Source: an uncultured bacterium | GTDB taxonomy: Bacteria; Actinomycetota; Thermoleophilia; Solirubrobacterales; 70-9 | Reading direction: 5' to 3' | Assembly (NCBI GenBank): GCA_963725035.1 | Contig: CAVRWX010000010.1 | Span: 124,854 to 188,853 of the forward strand | DNA length: 64,000 nucleotides | Part shown: positions 18,207-26,426 of the stretch, piece after piece | Layout: each line of letters opens with the position of its first letter | Numbering within the stretch: position 1 is the first letter of the stretch | Notes under the pieces: model-generated | The model's input: the letters and a program-made list of their open reading frames with translations, nothing else | What the model was told of the DNA's origin: nothing | Database searches by the model: none | Program-made: the position numbers and the translations under genes

Positions 18207-19439
18207 CTAGACGTCGATCTCGGTGAAGATCTTGAGCCAGTCGCGGAGGAGCCGGGGGCTGAGGAAGTTCTGCCTCGCATGCTCCTTGCCCGCTTTCCCG
18301 ATCCGCTTGGCCAAATCGGGGTCCTCGAGGATCTCGATGCTCCGCTGGCCGCACTCCTCGGCGGAGGAGACGAGGAATCCCGACTCCCCGTCGACGATCT
18401 GGAGCGGGATGCCGCCGACGTCGCCGCCGATTGTCGGGCGCCCCTTCCAGAGCGCCTCGGTGACGGTCAGGCCAAAGCCTTCGCGGGTCGACTTCTGGAT
18501 GCAGACGTCTGCCTGCGACTGGAAGGCGTTGACCTCGATCGCGCCCACGTTGTTCAGGTTCGAGAGGATCTTGATGTCCGGGTCGCCGTCGGCGTGGGCC
18601 ATCGTCTGGTTGAAGAAGTCCCAGCCTTCGGGGTCGTCGGTCGCCATCGAGCCGACGAGCGCGAGCTGTACGTCCGGCACCTTCTCGCGGACGGCGCGGT
18701 ACGCATCGATGACGCCCATCGGGTCCTTCCAGGGATCGAAGCGGGAGACCTGGCAAAGGAGCGGACGCTCGGGGTCAATTCCGAACTGCTCGGAGACGAA
18801 GGCGGCGTCCTCGGGCGAGAAAGCCATGTTCTTGGGCGAAAGCGGGTCAATCGCGGGCGGCACGATCCGCACGCCCTCCGTGATCCCCTCGGGCACGTAC
18901 TGCGGCAGGTGCCAGACGCTTGCCTCGTACGGCTCGATCAGCGGTCGCAGGCGCTCGATCGTCGAAGGGTTCGGCGTCGAGAGGTCGATGTGGCAGCGCC
19001 AGACCCAGTGGCGTGACTTCTCCGAAGCGTTGTTGAAGAGGCCTGCCGGCTGCGGGTCGTGGACGATCACGACGTCCCAGTCGCCCTCGAGGTCGCGCGC
19101 GTTCATCGCGTTGTAGCCCTGGAAGACCTCCCACTGCTGGTCGGTGATCGAAGTCGGGTCGCCCTGGAGCGAGTTGTGCATCAGCTTCGTGACGTTGAAG
19201 AACTCCTCGGCGCCCAGGATCACCTGCCAGTGCGTGTCGAGCCCGATGTCGCGCATCAGCGGGACGATCGTGTAGAGGATCTCCGAGACGCCGCCGCCGA
19301 ATGCAGTTGCGTTCACATGGAGAACGCGCTTGCCCTGAAGGGGCTCCGCCAGCGCGCGGATCTCCTCGACGGTTTCCTTGCCGACGATGTGGGTGTAGTC
19401 GGCCAGCGAGCGCTGGCCCAGGGCGACTTCTTGGAGCAT
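18207..19439 (-). CDS. treT: TreT-type trehalose synthase (GT4 glycosyltransferase)
   Basis: The 410-aa protein contains SLADYTHIVGKETVEEIRALAEPLQGKRVLHVNATAFGGGVSEIL, an N-terminus typical of NDP-glucose:glucose trehalose synthases. Confidence 0.75.
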   Translation of the reverse strand: MLQEVALGQRSLADYTHIVGKETVEEIRALAEPLQGKRVLHVNATAFGGGVSEILYTIVPLMRDIGLDTHWQVILGAEEFFNVTKLMHNSLQGDPTSITDQQWEVFQGYNAMNARDLEGDWDVVIVHDPQPAGLFNNASEKSRHWVWRCHIDLSTPNPSTIERLRPLIEPYEASVWHLPQYVPEGITEGVRIVPPAIDPLSPKNMAFSPEDAAFVSEQFGIDPERPLLCQVSRFDPWKDPMGVIDAYRAVREKVPDVQLALVGSMATDDPEGWDFFNQTMAHADGDPDIKILSNLNNVGAIEVNAFQSQADVCIQKSTREGFGLTVTEALWKGRPTIGGDVGGIPLQIVDGESGFLVSSAEECGQRSIEILEDPDLAKRIGKAGKEHARQNFLSPRLLRDWLKIFTEIDV

Positions 19440-19487
19440 GAAGCGGGGCAGTCTATGGGTGCCGCCGCGTAGAGCGACGTCCGAGTC

Positions 19488-20714
19488 CTAGCCGAGCTGC
19501 GGAACGCTCCTGGGCCGCGTGCCCAGAGTGATGTCCAGCTCCATCTCCTCGCCGTCGCGGATGATCCCCAGCTCGACCTCCTGGCCGGGTTCGAGACGCG
19601 AGACGATCCGCGGCAGATCCGCCTCGGTGAGGATCTCCTCGCCGTCCACCGAGACGATGATGTCGCCCCCAACGGTGTAGGGAATCGCCTGGAAGTCGAT
19701 CTGCTGGTCGCCTGGCACCAGGCCCGCCTCGTCCGCGGGACTGCCATCGGTCACTTCCTCGACGATCGCACCTGCGGTCGCGTCCACTTCGAGCTCCTCG
19801 GCGAGCTGCGGGAAAAGCGGCTTGGTCCCGACGCCGATATAGGCGTACTCGACCTCTCCGTCCTCGCGAAGCTGCTCGACCGAACGCTCGAACAGGTCCA
19901 CCGGCACAGCGAAGCCGACGCCTTGGTTTCCGCCCGACGTGGTGTCGATCTGCTGGTTGATCCCGATGACCTTCGCCTGGGAATCGAGCAGCGGGCCGCC
20001 GGAGTTGCCGGGGTTGATCGAGGCATCCGTCTGGATCGCGCCGTCGATCTGGAAACTCGTGAGCGAAGGGATCGAGCGGTCGAGGGCCGAGACGAACCCG
20101 ACCGAGAGCGACTGGCGCTCGCCGAACGGGCTGCCGATAGCCGCCACCTGCTCGCCGACGCCGACGTCCTCGATGTTGCCGATCTCGACCGGCTGGAGGT
20201 CGAGGCCCTCCGGATCGACCTTGATCAGCGCCACGTCTGCGAACGGGTCGTAGCCGATCACCTCGGCCTCGACCGAGTTGCGATCGGGGAACTGGACGAA
20301 CACCTCTGAGGCTTGGTGGATCGGTTGCGGCTCCTGGCCGACGGTCAGTCCCTGCGCGTCCGTGACGACGTGCGCGTTGGTGACGATCTCACCCTCATCC
20401 GAGATCACGAAGCCCGAGCCTTGGCCCGCCTGAGGTAGTTCGTCAGGAGGGAGCTGGCCGCCTTCGGGCTCGAGCTCTTCCTCGAGGTTGTTGCCGCCGC
20501 CGTTGTCGAACACCGAGATCACGGTGACGACGCCGGGCGCCGCGCGGTCGTAGACGGCCTGGGCGTCGAAGTCCGAGCCGTTTCCGATGGGCTTGCCGCC
20601 GCCCGTCTCGTCGACGACCGTCGTGGTCGAGTCGCCATCGCCCCCGCCGCAGCCGGCCACGAGGCCGAGCGAGAGGATCACGATCGCCAGGAGTGCCGCC
20701 ACGCGCGCCCTCAT
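19488..20714 (-). CDS. HtrA/DegP-family serine protease with PDZ domain (PepD-like)
   Basis: It has a lipobox-like N-terminus, the catalytic motifs TNAHVV and GNSGGPLLD, and a C-terminal PDZ domain. Its ATG overlaps the kinase stop (ATGA). Confidence 0.9.
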   Translation of the reverse strand: MRARVAALLAIVILSLGLVAGCGGGDGDSTTTVVDETGGGKPIGNGSDFDAQAVYDRAAPGVVTVISVFDNGGGNNLEEELEPEGGQLPPDELPQAGQGSGFVISDEGEIVTNAHVVTDAQGLTVGQEPQPIHQASEVFVQFPDRNSVEAEVIGYDPFADVALIKVDPEGLDLQPVEIGNIEDVGVGEQVAAIGSPFGERQSLSVGFVSALDRSIPSLTSFQIDGAIQTDASINPGNSGGPLLDSQAKVIGINQQIDTTSGGNQGVGFAVPVDLFERSVEQLREDGEVEYAYIGVGTKPLFPQLAEELEVDATAGAIVEEVTDGSPADEAGLVPGDQQIDFQAIPYTVGGDIIVSVDGEEILTEADLPRIVSRLEPGQEVELGIIRDGEEMELDITLGTRPRSVPQLG

Positions 20715-22136
20715 GCGGGCACCCCCGTCGGGGCGGGAAGGCGGAGGATGAACTCCGTGTGGCCCGGCCGGGCCGAAAGGCGGAGGTTTCCACCCATCAG
20801 AAGGGTGAGGTCGCGAGCGATCGAGAGGCCGAGGCCGGAGCCCGATACCTCGTCGCCCGTGGCGAAGCGCTCGAACACGCGCGCCGCGACCTCCCGGTCG
20901 ATTCCCGGGCCGTTGTCGGCGACGATGAGGGTTGGCTCCCCCTGCTGGAGCTTCGAAGTCACTGTGATCCTTGTCTTCTCAGGCGTGTGCGATAGCGCGT
21001 TGTCGATGAGGATCCTAATTATTTGCTGGACTCTTTCAGGATCTCCTAAAGCTTTTACAGGGCCCGATCCAGCGAGCTTGAATGCTGGATGAATGGGTCT
21101 CCGCCGCGGGCCCGAACTCCTCGGCAATGGCGTGCGCGAGCTCCGTCAGGTCCATCTCCACGGCCCTGACGGTGAGCGCGTCGGCGTCGAGCTTCGAGAG
21201 GTCCAGGAGGTCCGTGGTCAGCTTGGTCAGGCGGTCTATCTGCCCGCGCATCGTCGCCACGAACTCCGCTCGCGCGGCAGGGTCCGGATCGTCCTCGTCG
21301 AGCAGCTCCACGAATCCGCCCAGCGAGAAGATCGGCGTTCGAAGTTCGTGCGATGCGTTCGCGATGAACTCCTTCCGCGCGTCATCGAGCCGGGCTAAGC
21401 GGCCGCGCATCTCTTCGAGCGTCATCGCCAGCTGGCCCACCTCATCCTCTGAATCGACGGGGATCGGGGTCGAGAAATCCCCGTGTGCGACCTTCTCGGC
21501 GGCGGTCTCGAGCCGGCGGAGCCTGCCCGCGTGCGCCCGGGCCGCCAGGAAGCCGGCCCCGATCGCCGCCGCAAGCGCGATCGCGCCCGCGATGAGGATC
21601 TGGCGCGTGATCAGGCTGACGTTGTCGTCAACGTCGTCGAGCTGTGCCGAGAGGACGGAGACCCATCGCGCCTCGTCCTCGAGCAAGATCGGCGTCGCCG
21701 TCTCACCCAGCCGCTCCCCGTTCACGCGCTCGACGGCAGTGGCCGTGCCGCCATCCTCGAGCGCGGTGGTCGCGGCCGGGTAGTTCGGCTCGAGCGCCGT
21801 CCGCTCGACCTGGGAATCGGCGACGACAAAGGCCGGCCGGCTGCCCTCATCGCTGTCGCGTACGCCCAGCACGGTGAGCCGGGCGCCACCCGTCCGCTGC
21901 GACAGGCGAAGCACGACCTGCTGGAGCTCCTCCTGCGAGAGACCCCTGCCGATCACACCCGTCAGGGCAGTCGCGGGCTCAACCGCCGCGTCGCGAAGGG
22001 AGCGCAGGCGTTCGGCGCTGAGGCTCGACGAGAGCTGGGGGACCACGTAGAGGTAGATGAACCCGATCGCCGCGGCGGTGATGATCGAGAACAGGACGAC
22101 GAGCTGGCTGCGGACGGAGCCGAAGACCGATCGCAT
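20711..22136 (-). CDS. sensor histidine kinase (HAMP plus HisKA plus HATPase), frame broken as sequenced near 21080
   Basis: The 21036-22136 ORF carries the TM segments and the H-box ASHELRTP. The 20711-21127 ORF carries the N/G boxes (IDNALSHTP, DNGPGI, GSGLGLSIA). The span is 1426 nt (3n+1). Confidence 0.85.
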
Positions 22137-22144
22137 TCAGGATC

Positions 22145-22855
22145 TCAAGCTTCGTCGATTTCGCGAAACCTGTAGCCGACGCCCCGCACCGTGAAGAGGT
22201 ACTCGGGGCTCGACGGGTCTTTTTCGATCTTCTCGCGGAGGTGTCTGATGTGGACGTCGATGGTGCGCGGGTCGCGGTACTTGGAGTCCCCCCAGAGGCG
22301 GCCCAGCAGCACCTCGCGCGTGAACACCCTGCCTGGAGCTCCGGCGAGCGCAGACAGGACCTCGAACTCGACGTACGTGAGGGTCACCTCCTCGCCCCGC
22401 ATCTTCGCGGCGCGGCGCTCGAGGTCGAGCTCCAGCTCGCCCGCCTCGATCGGCTCGGTGACGGACACCCTGCCGCCCATCTCGGCCCGGCGAAGGGCCG
22501 CCCTGACGCGGCTCCTGAACTCGCGTACGGAGAACGGCTTGGTGATGTAGTCGTCGGCGCCCATCTCGAGGCCGACCACCTTGTCGATCTCGTCGTCCTT
22601 GGCCGTGAGCATGATGATCGGCACCTGACTCTTGGAACGTAGGCGCCGGCAGACCTCGATCCCGTCGAGCTTCGGCAACATGACGTCCAGGACGACCAGA
22701 TCGAATTGTCCCTCGGCGAAGCGGTCCAAAGCCTGGCGGCCGTCGGTGGCGGAGACGACCTCGTAACCGTCCTTGCGGAGCGGGTACGCAAGAAGGGTCT
22801 GCACCGCCGGTTCGTCGTCGACAAGCAGAATTCGCGAAGCGTTCGCCTCAGCCAT
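22145..22855 (-). CDS. OmpR/PhoB-family response regulator (MprA-like)
   Basis: ATG 22855 gives MAEANASRILLVDDEP...DVMLPKLDG... with a winged-helix C-terminus ending YLFTVRGVGYRF. The upstream part of the 725-aa listed ORF is an antisense shadow. Confidence 0.9.
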   Translation of the reverse strand: MAEANASRILLVDDEPAVQTLLAYPLRKDGYEVVSATDGRQALDRFAEGQFDLVVLDVMLPKLDGIEVCRRLRSKSQVPIIMLTAKDDEIDKVVGLEMGADDYITKPFSVREFRSRVRAALRRAEMGGRVSVTEPIEAGELELDLERRAAKMRGEEVTLTYVEFEVLSALAGAPGRVFTREVLLGRLWGDSKYRDPRTIDVHIRHLREKIEKDPSSPEYLFTVRGVGYRFREIDEA

Positions 22856-22909
22856 CCGTGCCTCCCGTCGGGCTCCGCCGCATATCGGTAAGGGTAAAGC
22901 TAGACCTCC

Positions 22910-24583
22910 GTGGCCGATCTCCGCCTTTACAGACTCGCGTTCATCCCTGCCGTAGTGGCGCTCGTCGTCCTCGCGTTCTCTCTGCGGGGTGTGCCCTCGC
23001 CGGTTGAGCCTCCGCCGGGCACGCTCGAGTTCGATGCTGCGAGCGCGGCCAAGTCCACCCGCGACGTGCTCGCGCTCGGGGGCTCGCGCGAGCCAGGTAG
23101 CGGTGAGGACAACGCGGTCGCGGACCTGGTCGCCGAGCGCTTCGGTTCGGTCGTAACGGGCACGCTCGGCGAGCAGACGGTCGAGGCGACCATCGATGGC
23201 GAGGAGACCGAGCTCCGCAACGTGCTCTTGACCCTCCCCGGCGAATCCGACAACGCGATCGTGGTCATCGCGGGCCGGGATTCGCTCGAGGGCGAGGGCG
23301 CTCCTTCGAGCGCGGCGGCGACAGGCGTCCTCCTGGAGTTGATGAACCAGCTCTCCGTGGCGGGCAGGAACCGCACGCTCATCCTGGCCTCGACGAGCGG
23401 CGCCAGCGCAGAGGGCCAGGGCGCCCGCGAGTTGATCGAGGGCCTCCCCGGCCGCAACACCGTCGACGCCGTCGTGGTCATCTCGCAGCCCGGATTCGAC
23501 GAGCCCTTCGAGCCACACCTCGTGATGTCCGGCGGCCTCAACGGACCGCCGCTGGGGCTGGCGCGCACGGCCGAAGAGATCCTTCGCGACCGGGCGAACC
23601 TGAGCCCGGGAAAGATCTCGATGCCGGCCCAGATCGCCAGATACGCGATCCCTGCGGCGTCGGGCGAGCAGGCGGGGTTGATCGAGGACGGGCTTGACGC
23701 TGTCGCGATCTCCTCCGCGGGCGAGCTTCCCCTTCCGGCCTCCGAGAACGGACAGGAGCGCCTGGACACCGAAACGCTCGCGCGCATCGGCCCTGCGCTG
23801 CTCGCGCTTGTGTCGGCGCTCGACGCGGCACCGTCGGCGCCGACAGGCGGGCCCGGCAACTTCCTGTGGACGGGAAACAACATCCTTCCTGGCTGGAGCG
23901 TCGGCCTCGTCGTGCTCGCTTTGCTCCTGCCCCCACTGGCTGTTTCCGCAAGCATCCTCGCGCGCGGGAGACGAGACGGCGGGCGCATCGGGCGCGCGTT
24001 CAGCTGGGCGCTCGAGTGGTGGCTCCCCGCGCTGGTCATCTGCCTCGGCGTCTACGGGCTCGCCGCCTTGGACGTCATTCCATCGAGCGGCGTGCCGTAC
24101 GACCCCGCACGGTTCGATCTCGGGGCGAGCGAGGTGATAGGGCTGGTCCTGGTGGTCGCGCTCGCGGCCTGGCTTTGGTGGATCCTCCATCTGCGGCGGA
24201 TCCCGTCCCCGCCCGGGCCGTGTGGCGTGGGGGCCGCGGCCGGGCTTGCCGCCGTCGCCGCGTGCCTCGTGGTGTGGCTTGCCAACCCGTACATGGCGCT
24301 GCTCTTGGTGCCGCTCGTGCACCTGGTCGCCGTCCTCGGGACCAAGGGGCGCCGGCCGGCCGCTCTCACGCTGCCGGTGCTTGCCGTGGCGGCGCTGCCG
24401 CTTGCGGTCGGGCTTGTCTACGTCGCTGCTGAGCTCGACTGGGGCACGTCAACGCCGCTTCAGCTCGCGGCTCTAATGGCGGGCGGCGGGATCGGCCCCG
24501 TCCAGGCGATCGCCAGCGTTTTCACCCTGACTTCGGTCGCCGCCGTGGCCACCGCGGCGCTGGCCACGGTAAGGGCAACCTAA
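22910..24583 (+). CDS. polytopic membrane protein with an M28-peptidase-like extracytoplasmic domain
   Basis: GTG 22910 gives an N-terminal TM segment. Next comes an M28-like segment (VVIAGRDSLEGEGAPSSAAATGVLLELMNQL...ILASTSGASAEGQGAREL) that seems to lack the usual His/Asp metal ligands. Roughly 7 TM helices follow. Confidence 0.55.
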   Translation: MADLRLYRLAFIPAVVALVVLAFSLRGVPSPVEPPPGTLEFDAASAAKSTRDVLALGGSREPGSGEDNAVADLVAERFGSVVTGTLGEQTVEATIDGEETELRNVLLTLPGESDNAIVVIAGRDSLEGEGAPSSAAATGVLLELMNQLSVAGRNRTLILASTSGASAEGQGARELIEGLPGRNTVDAVVVISQPGFDEPFEPHLVMSGGLNGPPLGLARTAEEILRDRANLSPGKISMPAQIARYAIPAASGEQAGLIEDGLDAVAISSAGELPLPASENGQERLDTETLARIGPALLALVSALDAAPSAPTGGPGNFLWTGNNILPGWSVGLVVLALLLPPLAVSASILARGRRDGGRIGRAFSWALEWWLPALVICLGVYGLAALDVIPSSGVPYDPARFDLGASEVIGLVLVVALAAWLWWILHLRRIPSPPGPCGVGAAAGLAAVAACLVVWLANPYMALLLVPLVHLVAVLGTKGRRPAALTLPVLAVAALPLAVGLVYVAAELDWGTSTPLQLAALMAGGGIGPVQAIASVFTLTSVAAVATAALATVRAT

Positions 24584-24744
24584 AGCTCCCGGTTGAACTG
24601 GGTGTTTCCCGGGGTCAGGTCCCTAGATCACGCCTAGGGGGCACCCCCGGACGTGCGTCGGATGGACGTTCGTCCGATGTTTGCGGGATTGGCCACGGAC
24701 GATGCCGGGTAGGAACAACCAGAGCAAGGACGCCAATCCCCGGC

Positions 24745-24960
24745 ATGGCTACTTCACTGATCGAAAAAGAACAGACATCCCCCCACGAGGATCCGACCAT
24801 GACCAAGCTCAAGACTGAAGTCGCGGAGCACGCCTACAACGTTGATTCGGCGCTGGTCGCCGAGGAGATCCTCCGCAAGCTGCGCATGATCAGGTGGGCT
24901 CGCCACGAACTCGTGAGCGAATCTGGTCAAACCCGCCAGTCGAAACTTCGCGGCCTGTAG
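24745..24960 (+). CDS. possible small FlgM-like protein
   Basis: The 71-aa ORF (alternative ATG 24799) has a C-terminal half KLKTEVAEHAYNVDSALVAEEILRKL that resembles the FlgM anti-sigma-28 motif (G.Y.VD...vA..il). It overlaps the thiL 3' end by 71 nt. Confidence 0.3.
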   Translation: MATSLIEKEQTSPHEDPTMTKLKTEVAEHAYNVDSALVAEEILRKLRMIRWARHELVSESGQTRQSKLRGL

Positions 24961-25927
24961 GGCCGCCAAGGACCACACCCTCCCCAGCCTCGACCCGGCC
25001 CGCCAGTGCCGGGTCGCAGGCGGTTCTGCGAACGGCTTCGAGCGCTTCTTCGAGCCGGTCCTCCGGCACGGCAGCGAGCAACTCGTAGTCCTCGCCGCCG
25101 CTTGCGAGCGCGAGCGCGTCCTGGCCCGCCGCCTCGGCGACCTCCGCGACGCCTGGGGCCACGCAGCCCGCGCCGAGCTCGAGAACGCAGCGCACGCCGC
25201 TGGCCGCCGCGATGTGGCCCGCGTCCGCTCCGATCCCGTCCGAGATGTCGATCATCGCCGTCGCGCCCGAGCGCGCCAGCGCGAGTCCCGCTCCGACCAA
25301 CGCTTGCGGGCGAAGCTGGCGCTCGCGCAGCGCCTCGCGCCGCGCCGGGTCGAGCCCCGAGGCCAGCGCCTCATCCTCCAGCAGGAGCAGGCCCGCGGCC
25401 GCTCCGCCCAACGGGCCGGTCAGGACCAGGACGTCGCCCTCCTGGGCGCCGGCCCTCGTCACGTGCGTGGATTCCTCGCGCAGATAACCGACCACCGTGA
25501 TGGCGAGGAACAGGACGGGCGAGGCGACCACGTCGCCGCCCGCCACCGAGACGCCGTAGTCGTAGGCGACCCCGCCCAGCCCATCCGCGATGCCGGCGAG
25601 CTCATCCTGCGAGACATCCTCGGGGATCCCGAGCTGGACGTACGCCTCGCCCGGCTGGGCGCCCATCGCAGCGAGGTCGGACAGGGCAACGGCAAGCGCC
25701 TTGTGCCCGATCGCGTCCGGAGGAAAGGTGGAGCGCCTGAAGTGCACGCCGTCGACAAGCGCGTCGACCGAAGTGACGGCAGTTCCGCGCTGCTCGACGA
25801 CAGCCGCATCGTCACCGCTCCCGACGATCACGTGATCGCCAACCGTGGCACCCGCCGCCGCAATGCGCTCCCGAAGAAAAGCGATCAGATCGAACTCACC
25901 GAGCATGCCCGTCAGAATAGGTCTCAT
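24890..25927 (-). CDS. thiL: thiamine-monophosphate kinase
   Basis: The protein reads GEFDLIAFLRERI...GDDAAVV...VTSVDALVDGVHF and has an AIR-synthase-like fold. ATG 25906 is an alternative start. Confidence 0.85.
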   Translation of the reverse strand: MRPILTGMLGEFDLIAFLRERIAAAGATVGDHVIVGSGDDAAVVEQRGTAVTSVDALVDGVHFRRSTFPPDAIGHKALAVALSDLAAMGAQPGEAYVQLGIPEDVSQDELAGIADGLGGVAYDYGVSVAGGDVVASPVLFLAITVVGYLREESTHVTRAGAQEGDVLVLTGPLGGAAAGLLLLEDEALASGLDPARREALRERQLRPQALVGAGLALARSGATAMIDISDGIGADAGHIAAASGVRCVLELGAGCVAPGVAEVAEAAGQDALALASGGEDYELLAAVPEDRLEEALEAVRRTACDPALAGRVEAGEGVVLGGPTGREVSTGGFDQIRSRVRGEPT

Positions 25928-26366
25928 GAGGTGGTTGGTCTTGGCGGGATCGGTTCTCTTCGCCTATCTGGCGCTGATTCCCGGCGGCCTCGTGATCGCC
26001 ACGCTCGACCCAGCGTGCGCGGGTCCCGATTGCGATCAGCCTCTGGCGGAGGACATCCTCCTGGGTGCCCTCTACGTGCTCTCCTTCGTGAGCGTCGTCG
26101 CCTGCTCGGCCACGATGGCCTTCTACTTCTTCCGCACGACCGTCCGTGGAGAGCTCCTCATCCGCCGCGCGCTCGTGTTCGCGGTCGCCGTCGCCGGCGC
26201 GACCCTGCTCGCGCAGTTCGCGCTGGCGTTCCCCTTCGCCGCGCTCTTCACCGTCGCGGTCGGCGGCGTCGTCTACGGGACGCTTCGTCACATGAACGCG
26301 CCCAAGCCCGTCGCGCACGACCCGTCATCGAACGGGCACGGCAAGCTGAACGGCCATCCGGGCTAA
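25926..26366 (+). CDS. hypothetical membrane protein
   Basis: ATG 25926 gives MRWLVLAGSVLFAYLALIPGGL... with four predicted hydrophobic helices. Confidence 0.5.
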   Translation: MRWLVLAGSVLFAYLALIPGGLVIATLDPACAGPDCDQPLAEDILLGALYVLSFVSVVACSATMAFYFFRTTVRGELLIRRALVFAVAVAGATLLAQFALAFPFAALFTVAVGGVVYGTLRHMNAPKPVAHDPSSNGHGKLNGHPG

Positions 26367-26373
26367 CCACGCT

Positions 26374-26418
26374 GAACGTCCGTGAGCTACCCGCTATAGG
26401 GGTAGCTGAAGGACGTTC
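26374..26418. terminator. bidirectional hairpin between convergent genes
   Basis: The structure is GAACGTCC-gtg-AGCTACCC-gctatag-GGGTAGCT-gaa-GGACGTTC, i.e. two stacked perfect 8-bp stems. It sits between the stop at 26366 and the corrected PBP stop at 26427. Confidence 0.55.
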
Positions 26419-26426
26419 GATGGCTG

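Noticed and set aside
22856-24322. The N-terminal 490 aa of the 725-aa minus-strand ORF, upstream of the response regulator
   Set aside because: It is extremely Arg/Gly/Asp/Pro-rich and lies antisense to the well-formed membrane protein gene 22910-24583. The regulator has its own ATG at 22855.
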